DNA of 63,080 nt, counting the filler, from Octopus bimaculoides (Eukaryota): the NCBI RefSeq assembly GCF_001194135.2. It is 6 parts of 5 records of this genome, joined end to end, with 100 filler letters (N's around TTAATTAATTAA, not from the genome) between each part and the next. Parts side by side here need not be neighbours in the genome. Positions count along the whole stretch, not along the records: positions 1 to 5,740 come from NC_068998.1; positions 5,841 to 8,921 come from NC_068996.1; positions 9,022 to 37,113 come from NC_068984.1; 3 more parts are not named here. One strand, given 5' to 3'. A program made the position numbers and the translations under genes. Of this stretch, positions 1 to 18,728 are shown piece by piece; position 1 is the first letter of the stretch; every line of letters starts with the position of its first letter. A model generated the notes under the pieces. That model worked only from the letters and a program-made list of their open reading frames with translations. It ran no database searches and was not told where the DNA came from.

Positions 1-5800
<5,800 letters not shown>

Positions 5801-6389
5801 NNNNNNNNNNNNNNNNNNNNNNNNNNNNNNNNNNNNNNNNATATATATATATATACATACATACATACGTACATACATATATACATACATATTGGGTATG
5901 GAAGGAAATCCTCCGAGCAGCGGCTTGTGGGACCGTTAGATGGTATGTATTCACGACCAACCACCTGTTTTGACGAGATTTGTCGCCTCCGACGTACAGG
6001 AAGCAGTGAATAAACAAGCAAAGCTATTGCGAGTCAGCTGCATGTTGAATAAAAATCCGTTATATGCATTAGTGTTAGAATTAAAAGAAAAATAACTTTA
6101 TGTGATATACACTTAATGTAAATACACCATTGAATAGCTATTCACCCGGGTGACTATTCGAAATGACAGTGAGTGTTTATTTTGTTCACCGTTTCCTACT
6201 CAAAAGACGCGATGATATGTTAGACATACTCTCGTCTTTATTCATTAAAGTAATTTCCATTGTTTTATATGAACTTAGTCCAACTAGCTAGCAATTTAAA
6301 TATTCCATCGGCATAAAACTCAGTTGCTTTTGAGGGAAAGAATTCATCTAAGAGAGTTTAACACCACCAGAGAGTCTTGCTCAACCAAA

Positions 6390-7480
6390 AACAAATGATA
6401 GTCAGATAGTGCAATATACCGGGGGAGTATGGTGGATGGGTAAGAGATCCCACCTTAGTTCATACAACTTTGTGCTGGTTGCGAAATTCGCATGTTGTCG
6501 GGCATTGCCTGGTGGAACACAGCTTCTTTCCTGTTGGAAAGCACTGGCTTCAATTCCTTGATCTTTTGATTCAAATTTGCTCGCTGACGGCAGTACCCAT
6601 CAGAACGGATAGTCTGATTTTGTGGGACAAGACATAAAGCATGACTGTTCTTGTATGAATATTCTGTTTTGGAAGTTGTTGTAGAGGATCCTCATATAAA
6701 TGCCAGGATCTTTTTTTGACTATATTATCGTAAACAATTCAATTTTCAGCTCCGGTTACCAGTTGTTTCAAGAAAGGCATATTTACATTGCATTTCAGAA
6801 GGTTATCATAGATGGAAGGCGGTGAAGGCGGAGAGCTGGCAGAATCGTTAGCACACCGGACGAAATGCTTAGCGGTATTTCGTCTGCCGATACGTTCTGA
6901 GTTCAAATTCCACCGAGGTCGACTTTGCCTTTCATCCTTTCGGGTCGATAAATTAAGTACCAGTGAAACACTGGCGTCAATCTAATCGACTTAATCCCTT
7001 TGTCTGTCCTTGTTTGTCCCCCCTTTGTGTGGCCCCTTGTGGGTAGTAAAGAAATAAGGAATACCGGTCCACGCAGTTTTGTTCTGTCAGTTTATGAGAC
7101 ACCCAAACATCATAGCAAGAAACGTACATAATTTTTCCTAAGCGTTCATGAACGATAGTTTTGGAAACTTCAAACTTCTCTGCCATTTCTCTAGTCGTAA
7201 TATTCGAGTTTTCTTCAATGCTAACCTTCAAAATATTGTTATCAAAGGTTGAAGGTTTTCCACAGCGATTGTCATTTTCCAAGTTGACCTCATCACGTCT
7301 AGATTTTGAAAACCATCATCAAACAGTTGATTCATCTACATCATCCTCACCATAAACTCCACAAATAATTTTACGAGTCTCTGATCTTCACCTGTTTTGA
7401 AGAAGGAAAGCATTACGTGGCAAACATGCAACTTTTGGTTGTTCATTTCAAATAGCAAATAGGATGAAAGGAGCAAAATA
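6390..7480 (-). mobile_element. Decayed mariner transposase, interrupted by a SINE at about 6827-7060
   Basis: RCGKPSTFDNNILKVSIEENSNITTREMAEKFEVS…VWVSHKLTEQN (HTH/WVPHEL-like) and FLKQLVTGAEN*IVYDN; ends not resolved. Confidence 0.8.
6827..7060 (+). mobile_element. tRNA-derived SINE family B
   Basis: GAGCTGGCAGAATCGTTAG (A-box region)…GAGTTCAAATTCC (B box)…GGGTCGATAAATTAAGTACCAG; inserted in a mariner. Confidence 0.9.
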
Positions 7481-7815
7481 TATGCTGATTTTTAACGTAG
7501 GACTTAGCTGATAGGCTTCGATACTGCAAGCAATTATAAAATATGGGTCATACAAAGATTAGGATTGTGGCATCAAGGGCTTAAAGTCACAAATTTTGAA
7601 ATAGCCCAGAACATTTCGGATAACCTTATAATAAGGCCCGATAGGCTGAAATGCATCTGGTAATCTTGTAAGTTGAGCCGGGACAATATAATTTATTTCC
7701 GACATATACACATATATGAATATATATATATGTATTCTGTTTCTGAGCGCAGCATGCATGGATGCAAGCATACAAATATTTATGCATGTATTTATGGATG
7801 TACACAAATGACTAC

Positions 7816-7974
7816 TTTCAGTTTCCGTCTACCAAATCCAAATCTATTCCCAAAGTTTTGATTGATCCCGTGCTATAGTAGACGACACTTGCCCAAGACA
7901 CCACACAGTGAGACTGAACCTGGGACCATGTGGCTGGAACTCAAACTATCTACCACACAGACACACATGCGCCT
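7816..7974 (-). mobile_element. SINE family A 5' half
   Basis: Matches head and core of the other copies. Confidence 0.75.
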
Positions 7975-8503
7975 CTCCATCATCAAAAATGTTCACAAAT
8001 GGAGGTAGCGGATTATAATCAAGTGTATAATTCAAAAATCAATTTTGAAAACTAGAAAAATAATTCCATACTAAAATGAATTCTATACGCGTGGCTCCAT
8101 AAAAAAAAAACAAAAAAAAAACAAAAGGTAATTTACCAAATCCTTCGGATCATATCAAATATAATTTTTATTTGTATATAAATTTATCTAAACAAGAACA
8201 TCGTTACTTGCAGTTTCCAAGGAGCCGATCACAGGCTCCTGATACAATCGATCATGACAATGACAATAGTATGTCTGCCTAGGATGAGCGGAATACCACG
8301 AGTTATGTTTGTGGTATCTTTGCGATTTGTAAATGTTTTATTGATGTTAACCAATAGAAAGCCAACAAGCAGTCGCATAAACATTAAAAACAAGCACACC
8401 TGCATGCATACATACATACATACATACATAATACATGCATACCTGCATACATACATACATACATACATACACACAAACATACATACATACACACACACAT
8501 ACA

Positions 8504-8537
<34 letters not shown>

Positions 8538-8876
8538 CATATAAGCATACAGACAGACAGACATATATGCATATATGCCTATAGATATATATACAAACAT
8601 CCATACATGTACATCATATAATCATTTGTGTATCGCAATATACATGTGTGAGTGTGCGCGCGTCTGGTGTATATGCCTTTGTGTTTGTCCACAATCCACC
8701 ACTTTACAACCTATGTTAGCTGCTAGGCAAAGCATGCTTGCGAATAATGAGTACTGAGGGTTGATTTCTTTGACTAAAAATCTTGAAGGTTGTGCCCCAG
8801 CATGACCGAAATGCAATGACAGAAGCTTGTAAAAGAGAAAATATATGGAATTGTTTTATTATTTTGTGAATTCTCC

Positions 8877-8921
<45 letters not shown>

Positions 8922-9056
8922 NNNNNNNNNNNNNNNNNNNNNNNNNNNNNNNNNNNNNNNNNNNNTTAATTAATTAANNNNNNNNNNNNNNNNNNNNNNN
9001 NNNNNNNNNNNNNNNNNNNNNATATATATATATATATATATATATAACATACATAC

Positions 9057-12000
9057 TATTGTAACGTAGTTACTCGTCACCAATTATTGTAGCATCGCCA
9101 CTATTTATGACGATACTTGTTTATGCTATAACCGTGTAGTAACAATAAAACACATAACGAAGCAGGGTAAGAACAACGTAACAATCCAACAAACTCTCCA
9201 CGAACTATACACGTACCAACAACCGATATTCCGACTAACTGTCAAAATGACACCTTACGGCTTCCTGGGATTAACGCCTTCACCCTCTGTATCTCACTCA
9301 GACCGCTACTATTTATAGTCAATCGGTCATGTCTATTTTTGTAGGAGGTGTCGTGGCTCTCGCCACAATACCACAACACTCCTCCTATTGAGATTTCGAC
9401 TTCCGTAGGAAACAAAATTTATTTTATTATTATTAGTTTCTTTTTCTTTCTTTCCAACACCTTTCCTTTTTTGAAATTTTGCTTCCCTAGGGAGTTCAGT
9501 ACCTTTTTCGCTTAAGAATTATTTCTAAATGTTCAGCCTGTTTCCATTTTCTGCTACTGCTTCTTCTAGGCTCGATTTCTTTCGATGCTGGCACATCGAA
9601 CATATCGTAAAACACTTCCAATGGAATTTCCTTCCATTTTTCACTATGTCTGATTTTAAATTTATTTAGGTGTCGTTTGTGCTCCCACCGCTGGCCTTTT
9701 ATTAAATACATCATGCTTACAATTCTTTTAGCCACTACGCCATCCTGCCAACTCTCTTTACTGTTCTTAAATACTTTGAAAATGGACTTTCTCTCCGACA
9801 TCAAAATGTTTACTCGTTTACTTGTTTTAGTCATTTGACTGCGGCCATGCTGGAGCATCGCCTTTAATCGAGCAAATCGATCCCAGGACTTATTCTTTGT
9901 AAGCCTAGTACTTATTCTATCGGTCTCTTTTGCCGAACCGCTAAGTTACGGGGACGTAAACACACCAGCATCGGCTGTCAAGCGATATTGGGGGGACAAA
10001 CACAGACACACAAACACACACACACACACACACACACACANNNNNNNNNNNNNNNNNNNNNNNNNNNNNNNNNNNNNNNNNNNNNNNNNNNNNNNNNNNN
10101 NNNNNNNNNNNNNNNNATATATATATATATATATACGACGGGCTTCTATCAGTTTCCGTCTACCAAATCCACTCACAAGGCTTTGGTCGACCCGAGGCTA
10201 TAGTAGAAGACACTTGCCCAAGGTTCCACCCAGTGGGACTGAACCCGGAACCATGTGGTTGCTAAGCAAGCTACTTACCACAAAGCCACTCCTGCGCCTT
10301 CAGTTGAACTTTTTGTATTTTCTCATTAGAGTTTGTTTTTGTTTTTTTCTTTTTTGCCTTTGGCAATAATTTGTCGAAGATCGAATTAATCTTTCGAGCG
10401 AACATTAGTTCTGCAGGTAACTTGCCTGAACTGGAATTCGGATTTGGCGTTATTCTGTACACCCTTAAGAATATAGTTAGCGATTTGTCATTTCCTAACT
10501 CGTTCTTTGCTTTTTTTAGCGCTCCCTTGAAAGTATCTACGAATCGTTCTGCTTGCCCATTTGACCTCGGGTGGTAGGGCGTGTAAACATGAGCTTGGCT
10601 GCATGCATTCTGCAGAATTTTTTGAACTCGTATCCTGTAAATTGTGTTCCATTGTCCGATACTATGGCGTCCGGAACAGCGTATCAAGTTCGTGCAAGAA
10701 CTTTATTGTTGCCTTTGAGGTAGATTGACTGCACCTACACACTTCTGGCCACTTGGTAAATCTATCAACAATGATCAAGTAGTAGGCGCCATTCACTGGT
10801 CCAGCGTAGTCTATACGTACCCTGAACCACGGACTATTGGTATTTCATCGGTGGTGCCTTGGCTGCTAGCGAACAACTTCTACATGATTTTACCAAATTT
10901 TCAATGTCCCGGTCCATTTTCAGCCAATACACGTAACTCCTCATCAAAGCTTTCATTCTTGACATCTCCGAGTATTCGCTATGAAATTCCTGTAATATCC
11001 GTTTCTGTAGTGCAGTTGCTACTACCACTCTTTGTGCGTACATTAATACATCGTCGCAAAGTGAAACATGGTTCGCATTCGTTTCTCTTTTATTCATTTT
11101 TCAAGGTTTCCGTTGAGAAAACTTTAGAATCTTCCAAGTTCAACCTTCTTATATTTGCTCTGCAATTTGAGCTCGTTTTCCAACATTTTGGCAACTGTAA
11201 CATTTTTGCATTTTGAAAGGACAATCCTTCCTGAAATGTAGGGCTCCACATCTGTAACATGGGTTTGGTCTTAACATTTTTTCATACCTTCCCAGTCGGC
11301 AAGCTTGTAGTTGTGAGAACTCCTCTTCAATTTTCTTTACGTCCTGAAGGAAGAGTACCATTCTTTGACACTCCTCTGCAACTGTCTTCAGGGTTAAACT
11401 TTGGTCCGTTTGTTCAAGTTTTGTGAGAATTCTTGCACGTATCTCCGCATCTTTGTTTGCCATAAGCCCTTGTACAAAAATGAAGCATTTAAACATATCA
11501 GAGGTTAGTTCCTTCAATTTAAACCTTTCGCACATTCGATTTACGGTCCCGGCTTACGTGACAAAATCTTCATCATCTTTTTCACTAGATTACAACACTC
11601 CCATCGAGTGTTAAATAGGGAACTCTTATCACTGAATATTTTTGATAGTAGTTCGACTGTTTGCTGGAAACAAATTTCACTAGTTTCTGCGGGGAATTAT
11701 GAAATTACAATATTTTTCATGTTCAGCCGGCGCTAATTCACGTAATAATAGTCTTACTTTTTCGTTTCCGTCCGCGACTTGCAATCTTCGCTGAAGATTT
11801 CTTCGTACCATCTAAAGTACGCTGCAAACGTTATACCTTTGTCTGGGTCATAACTGAATTCTGTGAAAACAAACTTATAATGTTTGGTGAAAACAAACTT
11901 ACAATGTTTCTGGACTTCTTAAGACAATAAAACTTATAACGAAGCAGAGTAACAACAACGTAACAATCCAACAAATTTTCTACGAACTACACGAACCAAC

Positions 12001-12150
12001 AAACGATATTCCGACAAACTACCAAAATGACACCTTACGACTTCCTGCGATTAACGCTTACTCACCCTGTAGCTCACTCAGACCGCTACTATTTATAGTT
12101 GTTCGGTCAAGTCTATTCTCACAGGGGGTGTCTTGACTTTCACCACAACA
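9057..12150 (-). mobile_element. Decayed Ty3/Gypsy LTR retrotransposon (K02A2.6/Mag-like): gag + integrase, no protease/RT/RNase H
   Basis: LTR-like direct repeats about 9057-9378 and 11925-12150; polypurine tract TAGGAGGAG before the 3' LTR; gag FSYDPDKGITFAAYF and CYRCGALHFRKDC knuckle; integrase RMKALMRSYVYW…CRSC, VRIDYAGP, PYHPRSNGQAERFVDTFK; candidate CATAC target duplication (ambiguous because it lies in (CATA)n). Confidence 0.9.
9808..10298 (-). mobile_element. tRNA-derived SINE family A (full length), inserted in the Gypsy integrase
   Basis: Head GGCGCAGGAGTGGCT…CCGGGTTCAGTCCC, CCTTGGGCAAGTGTCTT core, central (TA)/(TG) microsatellite, tail CCAGCATGGCCGCAGTCAAATGAC; integrase-like sequence continues on both sides. 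Confidence 0.9.
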
Positions 12151-12225
12151 CATACATACATACATACATACATACATACATACATAATACATACATATAT
12201 ACATACATACATACATACATACATA

Positions 12226-13145
12226 CGAGGGTGGAATGAACAGTTCATAGGCTGACAAGGAAGGAGTGATGCTAGAGTTGTGGAATTTTGTATGCATTAA
12301 TATCAGCCCTTTTATCAATAACTGCATTGTTCCTTTCTAAGTAAACTGACATCTGACTGTTCAAAGAAGACTTCAAAAGTAACTATTGGCAATACCAGAT
12401 GTGACATCGTCGTCACTGCGATACTGGTTCGTAGCCAAGTGTTATTTCATGTTAGGGGACAGATGTTAGTCCGATGGGATCAAATCAGTTCGATGGGATC
12501 AAATCCACAGTCACGCGCAGCAGACATTGAAACCAAGTACTTGGAGCATTGTCCTGATGAAACAAGACCTCCATCGTCAGTTTTCCTGATCGATGGTCTT
12601 GACAGCCCTTCATAACTACTTCAGAAAGTTAGCATGAAACTCTTCATTGATGGTGTGGCTCTTTTGAAGATAGCCAATAAACATAATGCCTATTGCATCC
12701 CATAAACCTTCCCTGCAGATGAAACAACATTAGCCTTCTTTGGAGCAGGTGGGGAGGGAGGTTTTCACTGCATGAATTGTCTATTCGTCTCTGGCTCAAA
12801 TGATAAACGCAGCACTCATCCTGGGTTAGGAAACGTTCAAGGAAAGCAGCTAGGTCTGCCTCAAACAAGGTCACATTTTTCAGTGACGTAATCATCCCGG
12901 TGCGCTTTTGATAAGGTATCAGAAGACGTGACATCCACCTAGCAGAAACCTTCGTCATACCAGGTTCATTGTGCAGAGTATTCTCAACTCAATCATGAGA
13001 TATGCTAATAGCATTGGCTATCTGACTTATAATCTGATATGTCCTGCATTGTGATGACGTATTTCGTCTGCGTGACTGGCCTGAACAGCGTACCTCACTT
13101 ATTGATTCTGTCCATTATTTATTAGTAGGGACCAGCCCACTTTTC
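12226..13145 (-). mobile_element. Decayed mariner element
   Basis: TA+CGAGGG terminus at 12224; MTKVSARWMSRLL…FLERFLTQDECCVYH resembles KVSARWVP…FVTxDETWVHH. Confidence 0.85.
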
Positions 13146-13502
13146 ATCTGGAGGCGTCCGCCACAACACCTCCCCCTTTGAGATTTTTCTTTTCTTTCAA
13201 CGTGACATTATATATATATATATATATATATATNNNNNNNNNNNNNNNNNNNNNNNNNNNNNNNNNNNNNNNNNNNNNNNNNNNNNNNNNNNNNNNNNNN
13301 NNNNNNNNNNNNNNNNNNNNNNNNNNNNNNNNNNNNNNNNNNNNNNNNNNNNNNNNNNNNNNNNNNNNNNNNNNNNNNNNNNNNNNNNNNNNNNNNNNNN
13401 NNNNNNNNNNNNNNNGGAGAATTCGCGAAAAAACAACAGACAAAGACAGGTGGTGTAAACAACAAATGGGTGTATTAGTATAACGCTCGGGAATAGACAA
13501 AG

Positions 13503-13540
13503 TCTTTAATGCTTCGAGCCTATGCTCTTCAACAGAAAGA
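13503..13540 (-). ncRNA. Degenerate hammerhead motif in a Penelope-type repeat end
   Basis: TCTTT-CTGTTGA-A-GAGC(atag)GCTC-GAAGC-ATT-AAAGA: helices I and II intact, core substituted (CUGUUGA, GAAG). Confidence 0.45.
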
Positions 13541-14499
13541 AACAAGGAGAGAAAAAAATATGTGTAGTGGTCAGCGATCTATCATGACGAATGAAAAGAA
13601 ATGAATATATATATATATAAATGCATTTCTTTTATTCTAACCAGAATTAGTTTTCTATTCTTATTTAGATTTTTTCTTGTTCCACACAGAATTATATATA
13701 AAATGACATAAAATACGATATAACAAGAATGAAGTAGTATTTGATGTGCTATCTCTAACTATGGACAGCGAAGATGAAGATGCTCGTCACGATGATATTG
13801 CTCATCCTGAAATTGTGACGCTTTATTCCGTGCTGAAGATCATGAAGAGTGTGACCATGCAGAATTTTAACAAACTTTTGCGTTTGAAACATTTAAGATG
13901 CACCTTTTAATTTCAAATTTCTGCTAGAGGCTTGGTAATACTTGTTGCTATTGTCATTATTTTTATGTCCGTTTTATATTTAATGATCTTAAGCCACATT
14001 GAATCAAAATTAAAATGGCAACCTGTTCAGTAAATAATGTTATTTGTGCGGAGAATGGCCTTATGTTTCTACCTCTTTTATCAGTTTTAGTATTTAATCT
14101 TAAACGGCATTCAATATATTAGAAATACAAATGCAGCACAGTGTGAGTTCAACGACGAATACAAATAATGTAGTAGGTGAGTTGTAAAGTGAAAGACATC
14201 AAGCAAACGACAGCCGAGTATACGTCGGCTTTGTATTCTTTATTAAAGTAAGTTAGTAATAATAAACAATAACGAGATGTAAATTTATTTTTCTATGCAT
14301 TTATAAGAGCTGAGAAGACGTATTCACAATCGTGTGTTTTCACACGTAAATTCAGTACTACTACATTCATCCACTGTGCTTTTCAGTTTGTCGAGAAATC
14401 ATTTGGGCTTTTGCTGCTACTAATACACTATTTTGAATTCTTTCCCCTCCAAAAGTAGTAACCATGTAATAGTCGACCTCATTAATTTAACCTTAAAAT

Positions 14500-14655
14500 G
14501 GCCTACAAATGCGACTGTGTGGTAGAAAGCTTGCTTCCTAACCACATTGTGCCGGGTTCAGTCCCGTTGCGTGGGCTAGTGTCTTCTACTATAACCTCGA
14601 CCTTCTGAGTGGATTTGGTTGGCGGAAACTGAAAGCCCGTCGTATATAAATATAT
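14500..14655 (+). mobile_element. SINE family A 5' half
   Basis: GACTGTGTGGTAGAAAGCTTGCTT…GGGTTCAGTCCC…GAAAGCCCGTCGTATA; runs into a gap. Confidence 0.75.
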
Positions 14656-15057
14656 NNNNNNNNNNNNNNNNNNNNNNNNNNNNNNNNNNNNNNNNNNNNN
14701 NNNNNNNNNNNNNNNNNNNNNNNNNNNNNNNNNNNNNNNNNNNNNNNNNNNNNNNNNNNNNNNNNNNNNNNNNNNNNNNNNNNNNNNNNNNNNNNNNNNN
14801 NNNNNNNNNNNNNNNNNNNNNNNNNNNNNNNNNNNNNNNNNNNNNCACACACACATACATACATATACATACGTGGCTACATATGCACGTATATACATGT
14901 GTGCGTGTGTGTGCGCGCGTGTGTCTGTGTGTCAGTGTATTTCGTCAGTCGATAACTGATGAAGAATTACGGACTTTCTGTATTTGTCTCCAGTTCGTTT
15001 TTACATTCAGAATACGTTATTTCGTTTGTTTATTTACCATACATTCCTTCATTTATT

Positions 15058-15096
<39 letters not shown>

Positions 15097-17036
15097 CATA
15101 CATACACTTAAATTGGAATGAGAGAGACGTATGCAGCAAGAGTATGGCAGCATAAACAATATATCCTGTACAGAGTACATAGATTAATTTTCGTCAATCT
15201 CCGGTTGATGAATATTAGGCACTCTGAAGTGATAACATGATAACAACATATGCTGACATCACTTCATCCTCCAGATGAAACTTTGAAGGATTAGAAACAT
15301 CAACGATAAAAGAGATAAAAGTACAAAGCAGTTATGATTTGAATACTTTTTTAAAATATTACTTTTACTAACATTTACAAATATATTTGAGTGTATATAC
15401 TGGTGTTGGGTAACTATCCGGAGAATTTATCAAAACGATAAAGCAGCAGCTTATTTAGGCTGGTCCAGAGGCCTAAATGTATATGTGCATGTATGTGTGT
15501 TTATGGTGTGGTGGGATGCGTATGAAGTGTTGAGGTGATGTTTGATAAAAAGGCTCGTTAAAACATGTAATCTATCTTGTCATATTTACGATACATAGCC
15601 CTTCAATAAATAGAGGTTGATAAACTGATTACATGACCAAACTAATAGGGCTATAAACATCGAAAAGAAAATTTGGAACGTAGTGCCCGAGTTATGGCTG
15701 AATTTTAACGCCGTAAGTAGGAAAAGAATATACTTACTTGTAAAACCATAGCGAATTGTATGAGGTAGGTAAACCTCCATGTTGCCTGTAAAAATTATTT
15801 GAATAGATAAAACTTTGTGCAAGTTATAACTGACTAAATCGTCCTAGTGTGAGAAATGTTTCTTTTGTTCGAGACAAGGTCGAAATATACGCCGAAAACA
15901 AGAAGACTAAAAGTGTGAGGCAAGTGTATGGCAATATGAAGTTTAGTAAATAGCAAATAAATGCGACCATGCATGACAACCCATTTCTGCGAACCTCATG
16001 GGTCAGCTTTTTCTGTTTTGGTTTATGTTCATATAGATGACCGATGCTATGCACAAAGTTTATTGTGACGTCAAAGGTTTGTACATATATATAAGAGGAT
16101 CAATTTCATACATTTTACCTGTTATTTGCTTCAACTATCAAATAAGAATGCACGACACGCAGAGATACGTTAAGGACAAGCTTCTATGAACAAACAGCAT
16201 TAATGGTGTCACAAATGAATACGATCATAGGAAGTGGGTTGAGAAGAAATGATTGTTTTTCTACGTTCGGTTAGGTTTTGTGATTTTACAAACAGATTAT
16301 ATTCTCGTTAACAATTTCAGCTTTATTTTAACCTTTTATATTCAAATTTTTCTCGTGTGTTGCTGTTTCAGTAACATTAGATGACATTTAGTTTTTCTAC
16401 CCATAATTCCGTTTTCAAATTGTTTATGTTTATTGTTAGAATTGGTAGGCCAGGGATGATTTATTTCAGTAAAAATTAGTTTGGAATGTTACTTTATTTT
16501 ATTTATCTGTTTATTGAAATACTGAAAAAGTATATATGTTGTGCTTTGAAATAAAATAAACATAGGTTTCAAGCAGAGTTCATCGTTTTCTCTGATACAC
16601 TTTCAAGTCGCAAACCTTAAAATCTTTTAAATAACTATACTGAAACTTAAGCTTCTTCCGCTTTTCGTTATTATGTTATTATTTTCCCTGACATTGCTTT
16701 CATATAAGCAGGTTCATTAATATGAGTATGAAACCAGGTTCTTTTGCTTATTAAACCGACAATACCCGTGTGCCGATGTAAGACACTCTTATTTGCAAAT
16801 TAATGACGATAGAGATGCTGCTGACTCTTTGATTTAGTCTGAATGCTCTTCGCTCAAAGTTCATATTCCGATTATTTTGATTTCTCCTTTCATAGTTCAG
16901 TAATCCACGAAATATTATATTAATATCCTGAGGTAGGAGCAAATTATTCTAACAGTAATAAAGAAACATCTGCAATGAAGAGACATTGTTGATATTCAAT
17001 ACACAAAGTGGCATATTAGTAAACAATATTATTTTC

Positions 17037-17218
17037 AAAGTTTGGCACACGGCCAGAAATTTCGGAAGTAAGTCGATCACATCAACTCCAGTGGTACTTA
17101 TTTCATCGATGAAAGGCAAAGTCGATCTCGACGGAATTTGAACTCAGAACGTAAAATCGGAGAAATTCTGTTCAGCATTTTATCCTGAACGGTACCGTGT
17201 CTGCCACCTCGTCGCCTT
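17037..17218 (-). mobile_element. SINE family B copy
   Basis: AAAGGCAAAGTCGATCTCGACGGAATTTGAACTCAGAACGTA on plus is the reverse complement of the family B head. Confidence 0.8.
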
Positions 17219-18728
17219 ACATCGGTACACAATATTAGAGTGCCGAATCTCTGGTTCTGCTCCACTTATAAATACTGATATTATTGTTATTAAGAGAAAG
17301 GCAATTTCAGAAACAATACAGGAATGCAATGAATTTCTTATATGAAGAAATCTTTTTATATTTACGGTGCCTTTCAACCCTCCAAAATTCGTAAAATAAA
17401 TGCCAGTAATAAAATAGAGGTCAATATAGTTGGCTATACGTGTCACTTTCGACAATTAATGTCTAGTTAAGAAATTAGATTTATTTTTCATTTATTTGAT
17501 ATTTAGCTTAAGCAGATTTAAGCACATTCTTTTTGTCTGAAAAAAGGCAGAGAATCGCAATTCGTTGAATTGAGAGGTCTGCAATTCATATTATTCTGTT
17601 TTTATATGAACAGTTGATTCCGTTAAGCTGAGATTCAGTTTTAAACCATACGGCAGTGGCTGTGTGGTAAGATTAATATCACTTTAAAAGTTTTGTTTAT
17701 AATCTGTGTTGAATTCAAGCCTAATCCTGTCAACATTGATCAAATTATAAAAAGTCAAGTAAGTGTGTCAGATAGATTATTTATTGGGTCGATAAAATAA
17801 ATACCACAAATGTACTGGAAATCCACTAAATCGACTCCATCCATTTCATAAAATTATTACTGTCTCTAAAGTAATATATACCGTAGAGAAATAGATAATA
17901 TCTGAGGTAGACGAAATTGTGATGCAGGTCCAATGTCCGAAGGAAAATGAAGATACTAATGCTCATAAGAAAAAGTATTAACTTGACAATTTCCCTTCCT
18001 CTAATGATACAGGGCTGTCCTGCTTTGTCAACAATAAACATTTATTATTACGATTGAAAGAAGGAAGTAATTTAATGGATAATGGATTGATTCAGCCGTA
18101 ACATGTTAGTTATAAAGCGCCATCAACTACAATTTCTGTCCCGTTTTTAGGTTGTGCACATTACCATTAGAAAAGATATGGCTCAGTCCATTTCAGTTAT
18201 GGTAATCCATCTCACTAACTAGTGGGAGTACCGTTTGATGAGAAGTATATGTTCATATTGGTATTTTGAGCTCCGATCCTCCCTACGAATATAAACTAAC
18301 GTTTCTAAAAGTTCTATGACTTGACGAAATATTTAGCAATGCTTCAATGATGTTCAGATATTAGAGTTACCGTGCAAAAATGAAAAACAAATGCACGAAC
18401 TGGGTAACCTAATTGAAAGTATTTCATTCCACTCAACCATTTGAAACAGCTTCATCAGTGTGATGCTAATTAAACTATTCATTCATATAGCTGTACTTTA
18501 ATCAACACATCTAACTCTGAGGAGATACCGAGGAAAATGCGTAGGTGCGTGGGAGTGAAGATATTTAGAGATAAGTACTATGATATCTCTATCTCTAAAT
18601 CTGTTACTCTAATCCATTGTATAATAACGATTTTGAAGCTCATGGGTAGGTTGTACTCTACTCGGGTACAAAGCTTGAGAACGATGATGTGTGATCTTAC
18701 AATACATTTTATTCTTAGGTGTGTGCAA

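Noticed and set aside
13717-13910. Short acidic frame RYNKNEVVFDVLSLTMDSEDED resembling a piggyBac N-terminus
   Set aside because: Too short; no TTAA-flanked termini or catalytic region seen.
14956-14975. CTGATGAAG at about 14957, CTGATGAGG at about 43216, and minus-strand CTGATGAAG at about 18455
   Set aside because: No correctly placed helix II plus GAAA downstream.
16066-16093. TGACGTCA (CRE) followed by TATATAA
   Set aside because: Short motifs expected by chance in AT-rich DNA; no linked exon identified.
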